A stretch of 64,000 nt of DNA, from assembly GCA_002633005.1 (NCBI GenBank), contig NMRA01000382.1, positions 319,096 through 383,095 of the forward strand, given 5' to 3'. Of this stretch, positions 1 to 13,325 are shown one piece after another. Source of the DNA: Phoronis australis. Its lineage: Eukaryota > Animalia > Phoronida. The notes beneath the pieces are model-generated. The model saw nothing but the letters and a program-made list of their open reading frames with translations, searched no databases and was not told the DNA's origin. Position 1 is the first letter of the stretch, and each line of letters opens with the position of its first letter. Position numbers and translations under genes: made by a program.

Positions 1-623
1 TATCTAAATTAAATACACATTACATAACCCACGAAAACTTAAAAGGGACAATAAACCTCGGCCTTCGATCGACAAACAAATTTGATTGTGACCACATATC
101 TTTTAAAAAATCGGTCTTATCTTGTCCCTTACTCAAGATTAAAGATGATTGAGAAGAACTATCAAGTCATTACTGTATCAGGAGAGGTCCATAAAACTGC
201 TTGTCACGGCGGGTTAGTCAAAGCCGCCAACGGTGTAGTATGACACTCAAGAAAAGTCAAAGAGATTTTTGTAACCTTTTTTCTGTTAAACTAAGGAATA
301 AGAACGCTGAGTGTGACGACAGCTGGTTAACTTATCTCTAGTATAAGACATTAGAGGATTTCAGAGCAATTTTCCGATGTTGTGGCGACAGTGTGAAATT
401 CGGCTTGTCGCTAATGTACATGGCTATACCGTGACATGATAATGACAGCGTTCTGCATTCTTGTATGTATTTAACGCAGTGGGATAATTTCCCCAGCATT
501 TTATATAAATTTTATCCCCTGTCCTGGTTTCAAATTACTATGCTATTGTAGTGCGGCTAGATATTCGAACGATTCACACAATTTTTCCTTTTCTTCGTGA
601 CTTAAACGCAGTATTTTTTTACG

Positions 624-3600
624 TTAGTTACAAACCGGCATCGTTCCGTAGTCCTTCTTTGGCTGACGTGGCACCGATCTCGAAACGGTCACTATTTCGG
701 TACAGATTGTACTTTGAGATCTCCGTCCATTCGCCCTCTGTTGGAAGCCAGAAGAGAAGTCCGTGGAGACAGTATTTGATGAAGGCATTATCACAATTTG
801 GGTTGAGCTTGGAGTGCCAGAGATTTTTCGGGAAAGAGGTGCCGGGGATTCGTTCCTGCTTCTACCACTAGGCGTCATTGACATGCTTGTTCGAGATCTT
901 GTGGACAGCAACTCGGCTTTCTGGCGATCTTTTTCTTGCTTTGTTAGCAAATCTGTTTAAAATCAATTTGGCTTCTATCACCAATGCCATCAAATGAAAA
1001 GGAATAAAACATGATATTTCTGCATAGTAAATCAATGCATCGTCAAGCCTAAAACTGAACGTCATATTTATTATAATCTTCAGTATCAAATATTTGCCTC
1101 CCAATACCATCAGATTGAACGAAAATTGCGCACTAAATGCAACTGTTAATGTTTTGAGGTCACTAACTTGGAAGTCAAACCTCAAAGTACATGTGTACAT
1201 AATTATGCTGATAAAAATTCAGTTTTACATATCTGTGACAGAGAGACTTTCACTAATAAGCTAAAAACAGCCATCAGAATAGTACTTCAGAAATTTCTGT
1301 AAATTCAAATGACTGGCCAGTGAGCATGAACCGACCTAGAAATTGTTGCGCCGTTTGAGGGCGCGCGTTGTGCTTCCGTACAGACTCCCCATAACGCATT
1401 CGCCGTGCGTGTGCGTCTGTTAGGTGTTGAGTTGGGGTTCCACAGCGAAATGCCCGGCGTTTTCCAGAGTTCTTGTATGTAGAAGTTTCGTTACCTAAAA
1501 TGAAAATTAGCAGGTTTTCACACAAAAAGGGGAGAACCGACTTCAAATCACCAAGTGAGAAATATTCGCTTCAACAGGCGAAAAAGGCTGCTTTCAATTC
1601 AAAAAACGAAGAAAAATATAACTCGTATTAATAATATACACTGCAATGCACCTGGTGTGCGTTTCTAGTAACAACAGTGGTTGATGCATATTACATATAG
1701 ATCTCGAGACTATACTAAAGCCATCAATATGATGCATCGGTCTTGTCACGTCGTTACTACCAACGGGAGGCAAAAGTGGTAGCTCTAAACCTTTAGAGCC
1801 ATTTTAGCCAAAGCAATATGTCAATGCGATACTTGATCAAAATCAAAAATACCTGATTTCGGTTGAGAATCATCGTCCTGGTTCATATTTATTGCAACTA
1901 TGTTATGTGGCACGTTCAGAGAGTATAAAAATCTGAAATCAAAGAGTTCCAGTGAATACAGATCAAAATTGGAGGTCAGCATCACGTGTTGATGAAAAAG
2001 GTCGTGGTTGTCTGTGGTTCTCAAATGACATTCTACTTTAAGTGACACCTCACCGATACCCTTTTCATACATGTATTTATAAAGCAAGTTTAAGATGTAG
2101 TTGGACGAACCTAATGGCAAACATCGCCTGACAAACTCTCCTTTAATTCAAAGAATGTCGTATACTATCATGTACACGAATTTCCTTTGTTTAAATTACG
2201 TAATCATATACTGTTCTCGTTTTTGAGCCCGATTTTAGACCGATAACGGATGCATAAACAACGCTCTCATTTGCTGTCGGTGACTTGTTGTTCCGTGGCA
2301 ATACACGCCAACAGACATAACCATCTTGCAGGACTATTAAGAACGACAATCAACAGCAAGAATAATCTCGTGAACTACGTGGCTTCTCACGCATACATGT
2401 ATATCGTTGGGTTACGTGTTATCGGTGTGAATACGCTGGCCCGAGACAATACAAAACGATGTAAAGTTCTGAGTGTACATGAATCTCCCTCAAACCTTGC
2501 CATTTTTTGTTTACACACCAAGGGACGAAAACACCAATTCCACAAATCCAAAACCACTAGAGACCTATAGACGATATTTGAGAGGGCAGTGAATTGGAAT
2601 AGTAAACGGAGTCTGTAACTAAACCGGCAAACTACGGACCAGAGTACATGGCACGCCCCTACCAACCCCTCACTCATTCTTGACAATGACCCCGCGGCAT
2701 TTACCTGTCGTAGAACTTGATAATGTTAGGGTCGTAGAAGCTTTCCACGTTCAAGAACGCCTGACAGTCTGGACTAATGCTTATTGCCTGAAACACAGTG
2801 TCCATTGTGATACGATTATCAAGAATTAAACATAAAGCATTGCGACTTGAGTCACAGTACCTGCAGGATTACGCCTGATGTGGCGCATCCTATTGTTGGT
2901 GCCAGGCATCCAGTCTCGGAAATGTTGGACTTCTTACGACGCATGCTCATAGTGATCTCTTTGCCTTCTGAATTCCAAAAACAAACCCATTTATTCTGAT
3001 TTGAAGGCAATGAGAAAGTTGTCGAAAAGAAAATGTAACCTAAATTGACTATTTGGGGTAAACATTTAACGTGAACGTGCATGTGATACTTTTAGGTTGT
3101 TTTTCTCTATTTTTATGAATTTTGTATCCTCTATTTTGAGAACTCAAAACAAATGGACTCGAATGAAAAGCATTCACTGCTGTAAAGACTGTTCTTCAAT
3201 GTTTATTTTTTTGATTTTATATCAACTAGCTGTCAATAATCTAATTATTTAACTTCAGCCTTTAAACATATACAGGATATTACAAAACGTCCATCATTTT
3301 CTTACTTTATTATGGTCCTTATTTTCGGCCTTGGTACTCCATTCCGGAACATTTTCGTGCTTTTCCTAAAAATAAATACACGATGACTTTAATCAATGAA
3401 CTTACTTAATTATTACGTTGTTAAAACAAATGAAAGATAAATTCGTGTTTGCAGTCGTAGCTGGCAATATCAGCCTCCCGTTCAGTAACGCTAGGACCTC
3501 ACTAAAAAGCAAGACTTCGAGAGATTACGTGATATATTGTCGTGTATTTCAAATTAGAACACGTGACTTTGACTAGATTTTAGCTAGGTCCTAGCCCGCG

Positions 3601-6600
3601 GTAATTCCTAGCGTCTACTGAACGCACGCTGTTGTATAACTAACTTACTTCCGGTTTGACGAGACATCCTCGGAGAATTAGGGCACAAATGTGACTTGAG
3701 TTCAGTGACAACGCCCGGGTCAGGTCGCGTACTGCCTGTCAATAAAAACAAGTTCGCCTGGTAATACGTGGATCTAAAAAGTATACATTTCTTCAGTGAT
3801 TTTCAAAGTACAGTGGTTGGTTGCCGAGTAGGTACTGTACTAAACCACAAGACAAAGAATTAACGAGACTGGTCCCTTCAAACTGATTTAAACCTTATGC
3901 TATTCCATATTCACGGATAGCCTTCTTAATGCTAATAGCCGGGATCATTCATAAACTCTATCACGAACATCAAAAAAAGATCAGTGACCTTCGTGCACAA
4001 TTTTATGTAAAAAACCATGCTGGTCAATTTCGTCACTTTTAGTTCCCCTTTCACAATGCACGATCCCAGTTTTTCGATTTTTGTCACAGAATGTCAAAAC
4101 TTATGTCCCTGTGAAAATCTGACATTCTAGTTTTGGACTCACCTCTCTCTTGTTTCCAAAGGAGTTGTTTACGAGAGCACGAACACAGAAGGCGTCCTGC
4201 AAAAGTTGAGACAGTATATGGTACGTGTAATAATCATAAAGTCGGAGTGATGTTGCGCTAATGACATCTTTATGTAGATAACAACACAGTGCAGATCATG
4301 CAGACCTGATGCATTTCGTTGTCTTCAAACGAGCAATAACTTTGTGCGGCAACGCTTTAAATGGACACAAGAGGTTTTTGTGGCGAAAACTACACATTTT
4401 GGGCGTTAATTTGAAAATAGTTAATTTTTTGAAGTTACAAGCAAAATGGTTTGTTTTTGGGATTTTATTATAAACCACTTCGGGTGTGCTTGATAACTGC
4501 GCATGTTTAAACTTCAATCATAACAGCAAGTCAAGTGCCTCTGAAAAAGGAGAATGCCGTCGAAGGCATCGAGAACGGGATGCCCTAACTTTGCTAAATA
4601 CGAGGCCATTTCTGAACACTTGAAATGTAAGTCAACCAAGGTACGGCATTAAAGCATTATTGTGTTTTTAACTTACTGGATTTCTTGCGTCGAGAACTAC
4701 TGCTTTCTCGGCGTCAGACAAGGCGTTCTTCAGATTTCCAAGTTTCGTGAAAGCGAAAGCTCGTCGAGTGTGAAGTGGGGTCATGAGACAAGATTTTGAT
4801 TGACAGCCAGCCGCACAGCCATTCTAAGGAAAAAACAAGTACATGTAAGAAACTCAGTGATCCTACCCTTTCTCACTCCGCCCACTCAACATTAAGAAAA
4901 GCAATATTCACATGATTGTGTGCCAGAGCTTTGCTTCATGATAAGTGACTTAGACTTAATTCACAAATTTAGTCTTATGCCCTAGACAACTATTTCTGCT
5001 GATGAAATTTCACCTGAGAAAAAGTGTCAAGCTCCTTAGACTACAAACGTACAGTAGCTGTTACATTAGTTACTGAAAAAAATTATAAATTACTTCTAGA
5101 CCGTGACCGCGTTCATAATTACTTGACGGGTTCGACCACAAATTTCTGTCTTAAGTGTGAAGATACTGTTATGACTGAACCCCTGCTCAGCGGGGTCAAC
5201 CGGATTTGACTTTTGTTTGGTTTTTGAGCTGGAAGTCCTAATAAAGAAATGTAATGGAAGGACAAACTCGTCTGAACCACCATCATAAATCAACTTCATT
5301 CCGTTGCAGTCATATCTCACCTTTCGAATAAATACTGAATCAATGGCCTTCTGGTACGACGCTACCGCCGCCTGGTGGTCTCCTAGATGCTGTTGGGCGC
5401 CACCCAGGTGATAATAGACCTCATAGAGCTGGAAAGAAGATTGCGGATAATTTTCTATTAACTTTGGCTGATTTCGTGGGAGTCGTAATGCAACCAGTTT
5501 GTTGTAAGAGGTTAATTTGTCATTAAGATGAAATAAAGCCAAGCTAGCCAACATATTTGAATCGATAATTCATATTTTACGGGTTAATGCTACAAGGGAC
5601 GTCCAAATCAAAGTGAGCGAGATTCAAGCGCCAGTAAAACTTCAACCGACAGAAGACGTGCTTGATAAGCGTGATTACGTCAGATCCACCGCAACAAATT
5701 TCAAGTACCTTCAGCGATCACTGACAGAAATGCCAGGTGCTCAAGAACGACAACAATCGGGGGGGGGGGGCTCAGATCCAATTTCAAGTGTCAAATTCGG
5801 AACGCGGCTTATTCGTAACGGAATGGGCTATCCCGCGATATCCCAGGCGACCGCCAGTGGCGCTGCGCACTACGACTCCGTTTCAGTCGTCTGCTCCACT
5901 GTGCAATGAAGAAATTTTACTTCATCAAAATGGAGCCTGAGTGACGATAAAAAAACAGAAGCTGTTGGTAAGATGTGAATTTTAATCAAAGCCTTAGTGA
6001 ATCACTCAGAAACTCATAATTCTCTCTTTGTCAAACCTTAACTTAAGACGATTTCCAAAGCAATCCCGTCATTACTGCCAACACGAAAAACGGATTTGGT
6101 CGTTTGGGCCTTTGAAGACTATTTTAAATACAACAAATTTGTTAAGAACCGATTGCAAAAAATATAAAACGTGTAATAAGCATTACAAAAAGAAGTAGGT
6201 TTCGCGCGCAAACGCTGTGGACCATAAACAAGTAGGTCTCAGATTAGTAGTTAAATCGTGGTGGTGTAGTGGTAAAGCACGCGCACTCCAGTCGCCAGGT
6301 TGTGAGTTCGAACCTCTGGTATCTTGTAGTTTTTTTTCTGTTTTACACGTTCTCCGTTTTTTCGTTTGCCTTTTTTCTTGGATAATACTTCAGGAATCAA
6401 GGAAATGCTGGATTTTTAGAGGAAAATACAGGAAAAATTTCCTGGGCGGGAAAACCCCTCTCCCGACCTCCCCCCATTCGGTGCTATGCGCATCTACAAT
6501 CGTGGTTTGCGCAAATGCTTACAGCCGGACAAAATGTTGGGTCCCCCTTTGCGATATCCTAGATCCGCCACTGTTATTCTGTTTATATTGAAGCAACTGA

Positions 6601-7634
6601 AAGAGCATCATTTGAGAAAATGTTGTTTGCTTTTAGGCTTGGTTTATCAAATTTTAATGATGGAAAGCGGAAATAGAATTTTTGATTAATAAAATCCTTT
6701 GGATTCCAGCAGCGAAGTCACAAATGCAAGTAACTTAGAAACTCTTACCAGCATTCCGTAGCCGTCAGGAGGTCGATAACCACTTGGAAAGTGTTTGGAA
6801 TTTAATACTTCTAATAGGTGGCGGTAGTTATCAACGACCTGTAATAGAGAGAGATGTGCGTGAATATATATATGTATGTTTAATTACCTGAAAATTGATC
6901 ATTTTCGACACTTCTGGGTTGAATTTCCTCACCGAATAACAAGTTGTTTTGCGTTAGGTGACCTACCGAAATACAAAGTATAATTGTGGCTGCTTTACGT
7001 CATACATCATTTAGTTGACCTGTTGAAAGTTGTAAAACACAACTGGTCCATGGCCGGCGGGCGTGCAACAAAGGTTGCCAATTTTTAAAGGGGTTATAAA
7101 CCCAGGGTCGTCAGTTAGAAAAGGGTGTTTAATCTAGACCACTTACCGGTGAAAATAATTTTATATGTTCCGTTTCACTCAGACGAAAATTGGTTTCTGA
7201 GCTTGGAAACGGCTGACTGTTCGGTATTACCTGAGACTCCATGGCTGTCGCACTAAATGACACGCCGTTACAAGGCAATTAATGGTATTTATAACATATA
7301 CGTAGTCCAAAGCAACAACGAAACTGTTGTTTCTTTCACAGTTTAGTGATAACCTATAATCTTAGAAAGGAACAAGTTGGGGCCAATTCATAGGCCTACA
7401 CCTCGGCGTCGGGGAGTTGTAATCGCTTTTAGACAAATGTGTGAAAAACAATAATGTAATTGCTAATCTTGTTGTTATGCCAGATGCTCTGTTGCCTTAT
7501 ATGGACTATTTTTCAGTTCACTGCACAGTCAAACTCACTTTCTTCCATTTCTTACTCCGTTCATTCGTCATGGCCTGTCGGAGCAGCTCATTTGCCTTCA
7601 AGTTCAGCCCATTCACAAATTCTTGCACGTGCAT
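624..7634 (-). CDS. Uncharacterised tetratricopeptide-repeat (TPR) protein, 11 coding exons, about 430 aa
   Basis: Phase-compatible GT-AG exons: 7539-7634 (ATG, with an in-frame stop upstream; MHVQEFVNGLNLKANELLRQAMTNERSKKWKK), 6749-6838, 5321-5428 (LYEVYYHLGGAQQHLGDHQAAVASYQKAI), 4677-4823 (RRAFAFTKLGNLKNALSDAEKAVVLDARNP), 4143-4196 (DAFCVRALVNNSFGNKRE), 3649-3735 (AVRDLTRALSLNSSHICALILRG), 3306-3365, 2705-2787, 1853-1932, 1336-1494, 624-952. Three to four consecutive TPR-consensus helical pairs are followed by a Ser/Arg-rich tail. The last exon and stop codon are the least certain part. Confidence 0.8.
6257..6337 (+). pseudogene. tRNA-derived sequence (SINE head or tRNA pseudogene)
   Basis: A-box-like TGGTGTAGTGG, B-box GAGTTCGAACC and a downstream T-run. 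The acceptor and anticodon stems pair poorly. Confidence 0.5.
6400..6573. mobile_element. Interspersed repeat fragment (putative non-autonomous DNA transposon end)
   Basis: Ends in ...atatcctagatccgccactg. Its reverse complement (cagtggcggatctaggatatc) matches cagaagcggatctaggatacc at 57986. Contains C-rich tracts. Confidence 0.4.
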
Positions 7635-10630
7635 TTTCGCGGTAGACTATTCGTCACACTGAATTACTGTATCCCTTTCGAAGCAAACTTCTTGCACGAT
7701 ACGTCGAGTGTGGCGTCATTCTGACATAACGTTTCCAGATCCATTGCTCACGGAGGACTCGCAGACCCCAGGATGCTCCTAGATACCCATAGTCGTGTTT
7801 CCAAGGTTTCACGTGAGATTCTTCTGGTTGTCTTCAATATCAAGTTCAACGAGTCAACCTACCTTGAAAACCTAAGAAACCAATAAATGGAGGTACAGTT
7901 AGTTGGATATTCTATAACTACATGTATACCTTACAGCGAATTATAAAGAAAACTTACATTGATCTAGAACTGCCATGACAAAAAAATTCCATGTTTCATT
8001 GAGCATGTTCATCCTAGTCCTAAAACCCATTCATGGCGTGAGCTTACCACCCCGTTATACGAAATGTCTTCAGTGCAAGTTCTCAGTCCATACACGTGTT
8101 GGTTTTTGGGATTACATTATTAACAAATATTTTAAATCTAGTGTTGGTGGTTTCACTGTAAACCAGATAGCATGCCTGTAGCCTGGGTGCTTCCTGCAAG
8201 ACCGAAGACATTAGCTCTTGCAATTACGGCGAACAATTTTCGTGGAACGGAAGCAGTCATGAATTCTACTCTACAATTAATGAATTCCACCATGTAATTC
8301 AACATTCCAATCTCACCGACCAGTCGATCACTTCGCGAATACTCGAGCAACTTTCACTCACACGAACCTTGATCTTTAGTAGCTACAAAACAATTTATTC
8401 TTTGAGAGATGAAACAATGCCTCACTCTGCCACAAGATGGATCTAGTGGTTCGAGACAGTCACCGGAGCTTTCCCTCAGGCAAACAGGGATCAGTAAGCC
8501 GCAAGGCGAAATGGCCTGGCTTGCAGATTGCTTGAGGCCTAGCAGGTGTTAAAGAGCCTTGTTTGTCCCACGGACCTTAATGATTTACTCATAGTGATAT
8601 ATGACATGGGCCAACATAGAGATATTATTCATTATTCTGTTTTTGTTACTTTGCTGCTCCTCTTACAGACATGCGTGCGCACATATTTCCATTTTTGAAA
8701 CGCACGCTTCATTGCATGAGTCACGTGACTTAGTCAGTGACTGAAAAGTTGGACTTGAATGTCAATTTTTAGTCAATCGATCCGTCATCGAAGTTATCAC
8801 TTTTAACGATTGGTCTTAATTAACGGTTTTATAATTATAACCGACTTAGCAAGAATTGTTGATAACGCTTCGAAGGTTTCAACTTTTCTAATCAGCAGTT
8901 GCATTCAACGATATCGACCGCAAATAGCATATCGCATGCCTTTAATGGGAAAGCGTACGTAGGAATTTGAAAGTCGGTTACTATGGCTAGCAAGGAAAAA
9001 TATTCCAAACATAGACAGTCATAGTGCAAAATTTTCTAATATCAAAATATGAAAAATCGAAGTCTAGTGAACGTTTAAAATTTTTGAACTTGAATGTTTT
9101 GATACGTGTACATTTGCAAAAGCGCCTGAGTCAGTCGTCAAATACCGAAAGGTGACATGCCGACACGGTGACATGCCGACACGGCGTGTTGACATTGTCT
9201 TGAAGAGGAACACTAGAAATCGATCGAAACCGACTAGTATGAGAAGTAAGCCTTATAGCCTAGCTGTTTATAGTGTTCAGCCGTTTTATGTAAATAAAGA
9301 TCATGGTAACTTAGGCGTGGGATACTGAATGATGTTCCAGGCTCGTCATACCTATGATTCACAAAAAAACGATACGTAACGAACATGAAATTTTATAACT
9401 ACTGATTTTCCATTGCCTATTTCAACTTCAAACGACTTGAAATAAAACTGCTGTCAACTTCACAGGGCTGGAATTGTTGTTAGAAAATGTGTGAAATTTC
9501 ATTCTCAACAACCAGTCCTTCATTGGCGGCCAATTTGTTATAGAGTTCGGTAGTTGAAATCTCGAGTATTCCACGCTGACATGGGCCTTAAACTTGCTTG
9601 AATTTTACCGAACACTAAACGTTCACGTAGGGCTTCTTTATGTAGATCTTTTAAAAATAATTTAATTCTTCTACAACACACACTTATCTTTTTTAAAGAT
9701 TGAAAGGGTGAACAAAGAAAAGGGGTAAGGACTTTCACTGGCACACTAACACTTATTCACACACTTCATCATTTAGCAATAATACCACTAAACAATATAT
9801 GAATAAAATATATTACAGATATTACAGATTCATTGCATGGCAGCCCTCGACTGAGGCTCTCCCAATTATGTGGAAATTAGTTCTATACGTTCCTTTAGAT
9901 CCACCCCGCCTTCGGAGTCCCACTGGCAGGCTTCATTCTTGACGATTGGGTCCTGCCCAAAGCTCTATCTGCCGATTCTCACATTCAAATGCATTTTGGG
10001 CGAAAGATACACGTAGGCCTATGAAGATACACGAAGTCGCTGGCTCGCTGAATGTGTATGGGATTCAGGATGTCAGAACATTGGTCTCTCTGAATACATA
10101 TATTTCGGGAACAAAGGTTTGTAAAACCTACGATTGATTCGAATACCGTTGTATCACAGGTCTTCACCTATAACGTAAATTATCTCAATCTTTTCAATTC
10201 ACGTTTAGCCAAGTTCTTACACAATAAAATTTTAATGGTTTTAACAGGCCATTCTTTCCTTTTGCTCGATATACGTGTACAACGGGCCAACATGTCATAT
10301 TATTTGGCAGAACACACGGGTTTGTACCGCTTTAACTTATGTTGGTCCTGATGCAAATTTCCACGATGCTGCTCAAACAATACAAGAATATCGCTGAATG
10401 CCAGTTCCTTAACACTGATGTTATCCGCTATTCAAGGAGAAGAGAATACCGCGTAATTCCAAGAAACGAAATGGACATTTTTCTTTACACGCTACTAAGC
10501 CATACATAACACGTTTCAAACAATTCAATGTTATGTCAAAAATAATTTCCCCCGTTTCCATAGTTCTCATACATACAGAGCATTGGTAACTACAGTTAAC
10601 GAAACCGTGTCAACACCGAGATCAATTTTA

Positions 10631-11061
10631 CAGGGCTTGACAACTTATTCCAAAGTCAGGTGACTGGACACCCTGGCTGACATCGATCTCTCAAGAGATA
10701 TTTTAATTGACCAAGAGCTGCAAGGTGCCAAATGCTGACATGGACATTTTTATGTTTAGCTAGCAATTGATAAGAAATTGTCATTAACTGTGTCGGAACC
10801 AGGATTTGAACCGGCTATCTTACACTTTAAACGTGAAACTGACAAGCTCGTAAGAGAACTGAAGTCTAGCGTTGAAAACACACAGATTTCGTAATACATG
10901 TATGGCAACAGACATTGTCTTCCCCAGCCAATCTAAAAGCTATCAAAGGTTAACAGTTCTAAAAAATTGATTATTTCATCTAATGTGAATACAACCAATA
11001 TACCTGAACACTATGAAGTCTATCTACTTACGACTCGGGCAATCTAGCCAGTAAAGCCCTG
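10631..11061. mobile_element. Possible hAT-like MITE
   Basis: cagggcttgac at 10631 and gtaaagccctg ending at 11061 form an 11-bp inverted repeat with 1 mismatch. No clear target-site duplication. Confidence 0.3.
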
Positions 11062-12750
11062 GCGACAAATCGTAACCTTTTACACAAGCGTTTTGATACG
11101 ACAGCTAATCTCATGATCGAGCTTATCAAATACAAAAACCGGATCATGTTTTAATACTTCGAAAATTTCCAATTGCCTATATAGTCGCTCAATAGGTAAT
11201 CGGATTAACGCTATGCTATATGAACCTACCTTTTCAATTTTAACCGATATCACAATGTACCTGCGGCGATATGAAACCTACCTTAATAACAGTGTTTCAC
11301 TACCAATTAACCAGAGTACTACACTGGTACTCTACATAACACCGGTCAGTATTGTCCCTGGTCACTGTCCGCCTGTTTTGAGGGAGTCAGGTTTCTATTT
11401 AATTTCTCACGCAGACAGAAACAGACCGGCGTATTTGATTAAAAAGTTTATTTGATGTTCACGGCTCACGCATCGATCACCATTATGAACGATTTGAACC
11501 AATCGTGCCATATTGACATAACATATTACCGCATTATCGTTGCTCTGCCTTGAATACACTGCTCGTTTAATTGCCGTTACCAGGGCCTTTGCCAAGCTGA
11601 ATGGAATTATTGTGCTCATTGAATGGTAGTTCTTTCGTGACAAAACATTTGTTAGACGAGCTATCGAAGCTAACCTATTTAAAACACATGCGAATCTATT
11701 AAAGCCTAGTTTACTCGAGATTATGGGCATATAGGACAGCACTGTGGAGCTGTCGATGATCTTTTGTCAGTTTAGCACGTAGAAAGGAGAGCTTATTCCG
11801 GGGAAGGTACTAGTTTTGGGTGGACCATGGGAAATTACAATACTATTCCGAAGCCATAACGGCAATGAGTCATGAAAATGACTCATTTTTAGGGGAGTTT
11901 TTCATCATACCAAACAGTCACAATCTCCATAAGGTTTTTTCCTAGTCGAGACATGTTTTGTGCAAGGACTCAAACCTTGAAATGTGAACTTATCGGATTC
12001 AATTTAAAAAAAACACCACCTCACTGGACCGTCTTGATTGTGTCAGATTTAACCAGCTTCTGTTAAGTCCGATACTGTTGAAATTGGTCCACGTGTAGAT
12101 CTTTTAACAGAACTTGTAATAAGCAAAACCTTTTTTATAGTATTCATAGCCCGTTCAGAAGTGATCTTTTAAGAGTTACACAGACAGGACATCTAAGCAG
12201 ATGGTAAGTCAATCACTTGCTTAAAACGAGCGTTCAAAAAGGCGTCCGAGTGGTCGTTCCACGACAAGAAAAGCAAAATATTTGAATTCCGGCCGGACGG
12301 CCAATCGCGTGCGATTGATTTTATTGGGCGGGAAGGGACAAAACAGGAATTTAAATCACGACATATTGGAACGTATATTTTTCAAAACGGTGCAAAGGCG
12401 GATGAGCCTTCAGTGTGAGCAGACGTTACGTCTGACCATCAATCACTTGTTGAAACTTTTCAAACGTCATAGATCTGTCTTATGGACGGCACGTGAAGGC
12501 TGAATTAATTGGTAACCGCACCCTTTTTCGGGAACATGGCCGTGAAAAAATAATAACCTAAAGGCTTCCATTGAAAGTCAGCTTGCAAATCAACAAAGCC
12601 AGACGGGAAATTCTAGGCCACTATGCCATTTTTACCCCAAATGCAAAGATTGGACATCCCAAAGCAATGGAATTCATACTACCAATTGAAACACGTAGAA
12701 GATGGATGAAACAAGAAAATTGCACGATGCTCATGCGATGACATAACAGT

Positions 12751-12756
12751 TTTATT
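12751..12756 (-). terminator. Candidate polyadenylation signal (AATAAA) of the STRIP gene
   Basis: tttatt on the plus strand, about 570 nt downstream of the STRIP stop codon. Confidence 0.45.
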
Positions 12757-13325
12757 TACATAATTTACAAACAAAACACTATTAATACAACAAAATAAAC
12801 AGAAAGAAGACATTGAGAAGTTCCAGTACTACCAACGTGGCAGACTTTTATGCAGTTACACTGTCTGAAACTAAAGATGGGGGGTACTGGCCATTTTAGG
12901 AATAGCGTGAAACATGTCATAGTATACAAAGGATTGTGGGATATTGGCCACAACACCAGCAGACCTGCAGAGACGATTTCACTATAGTGGCATTTCATAC
13001 AGCCAACGCTCAGGTTATGAAAAATAACACATAATCTCTATTCAAGATTGGCAGCCAGCTCACTGATCAAATGATCATCACCATAATATTCCTTAATCTG
13101 GATTGGATAGCTTATATCCCACAAATCCATGCTCCACCATAAGCATTACTATATATATAAGTTTCCACTCTCTGTAAGCAGGTCAATGTAATTACCTCAG
13201 CTCAAACAAAGGTATCATATAAATTAAGTCCAACACGTGAATGTAAAGATATGCATAATTTGCCACACAGATATCTAGAAGACATCTTTTTATGCTATGG
13301 CCAGACAACTCCCCCTAGTGTTCTA

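Noticed and set aside
2861-2967. Possible extra exon (EGKEITMSMRRKK...VILQ) in the TPR gene, and the ORF at 2387-2686
   Set aside because: The 2861-2967 candidate starts in phase 1 while the upstream exon ends in phase 0. The model reads continuously without either segment.
9800-10450. Possible decayed retroelement coding sequence
   Set aside because: No convincing RT, endonuclease or recombinase motif could be read in any frame.
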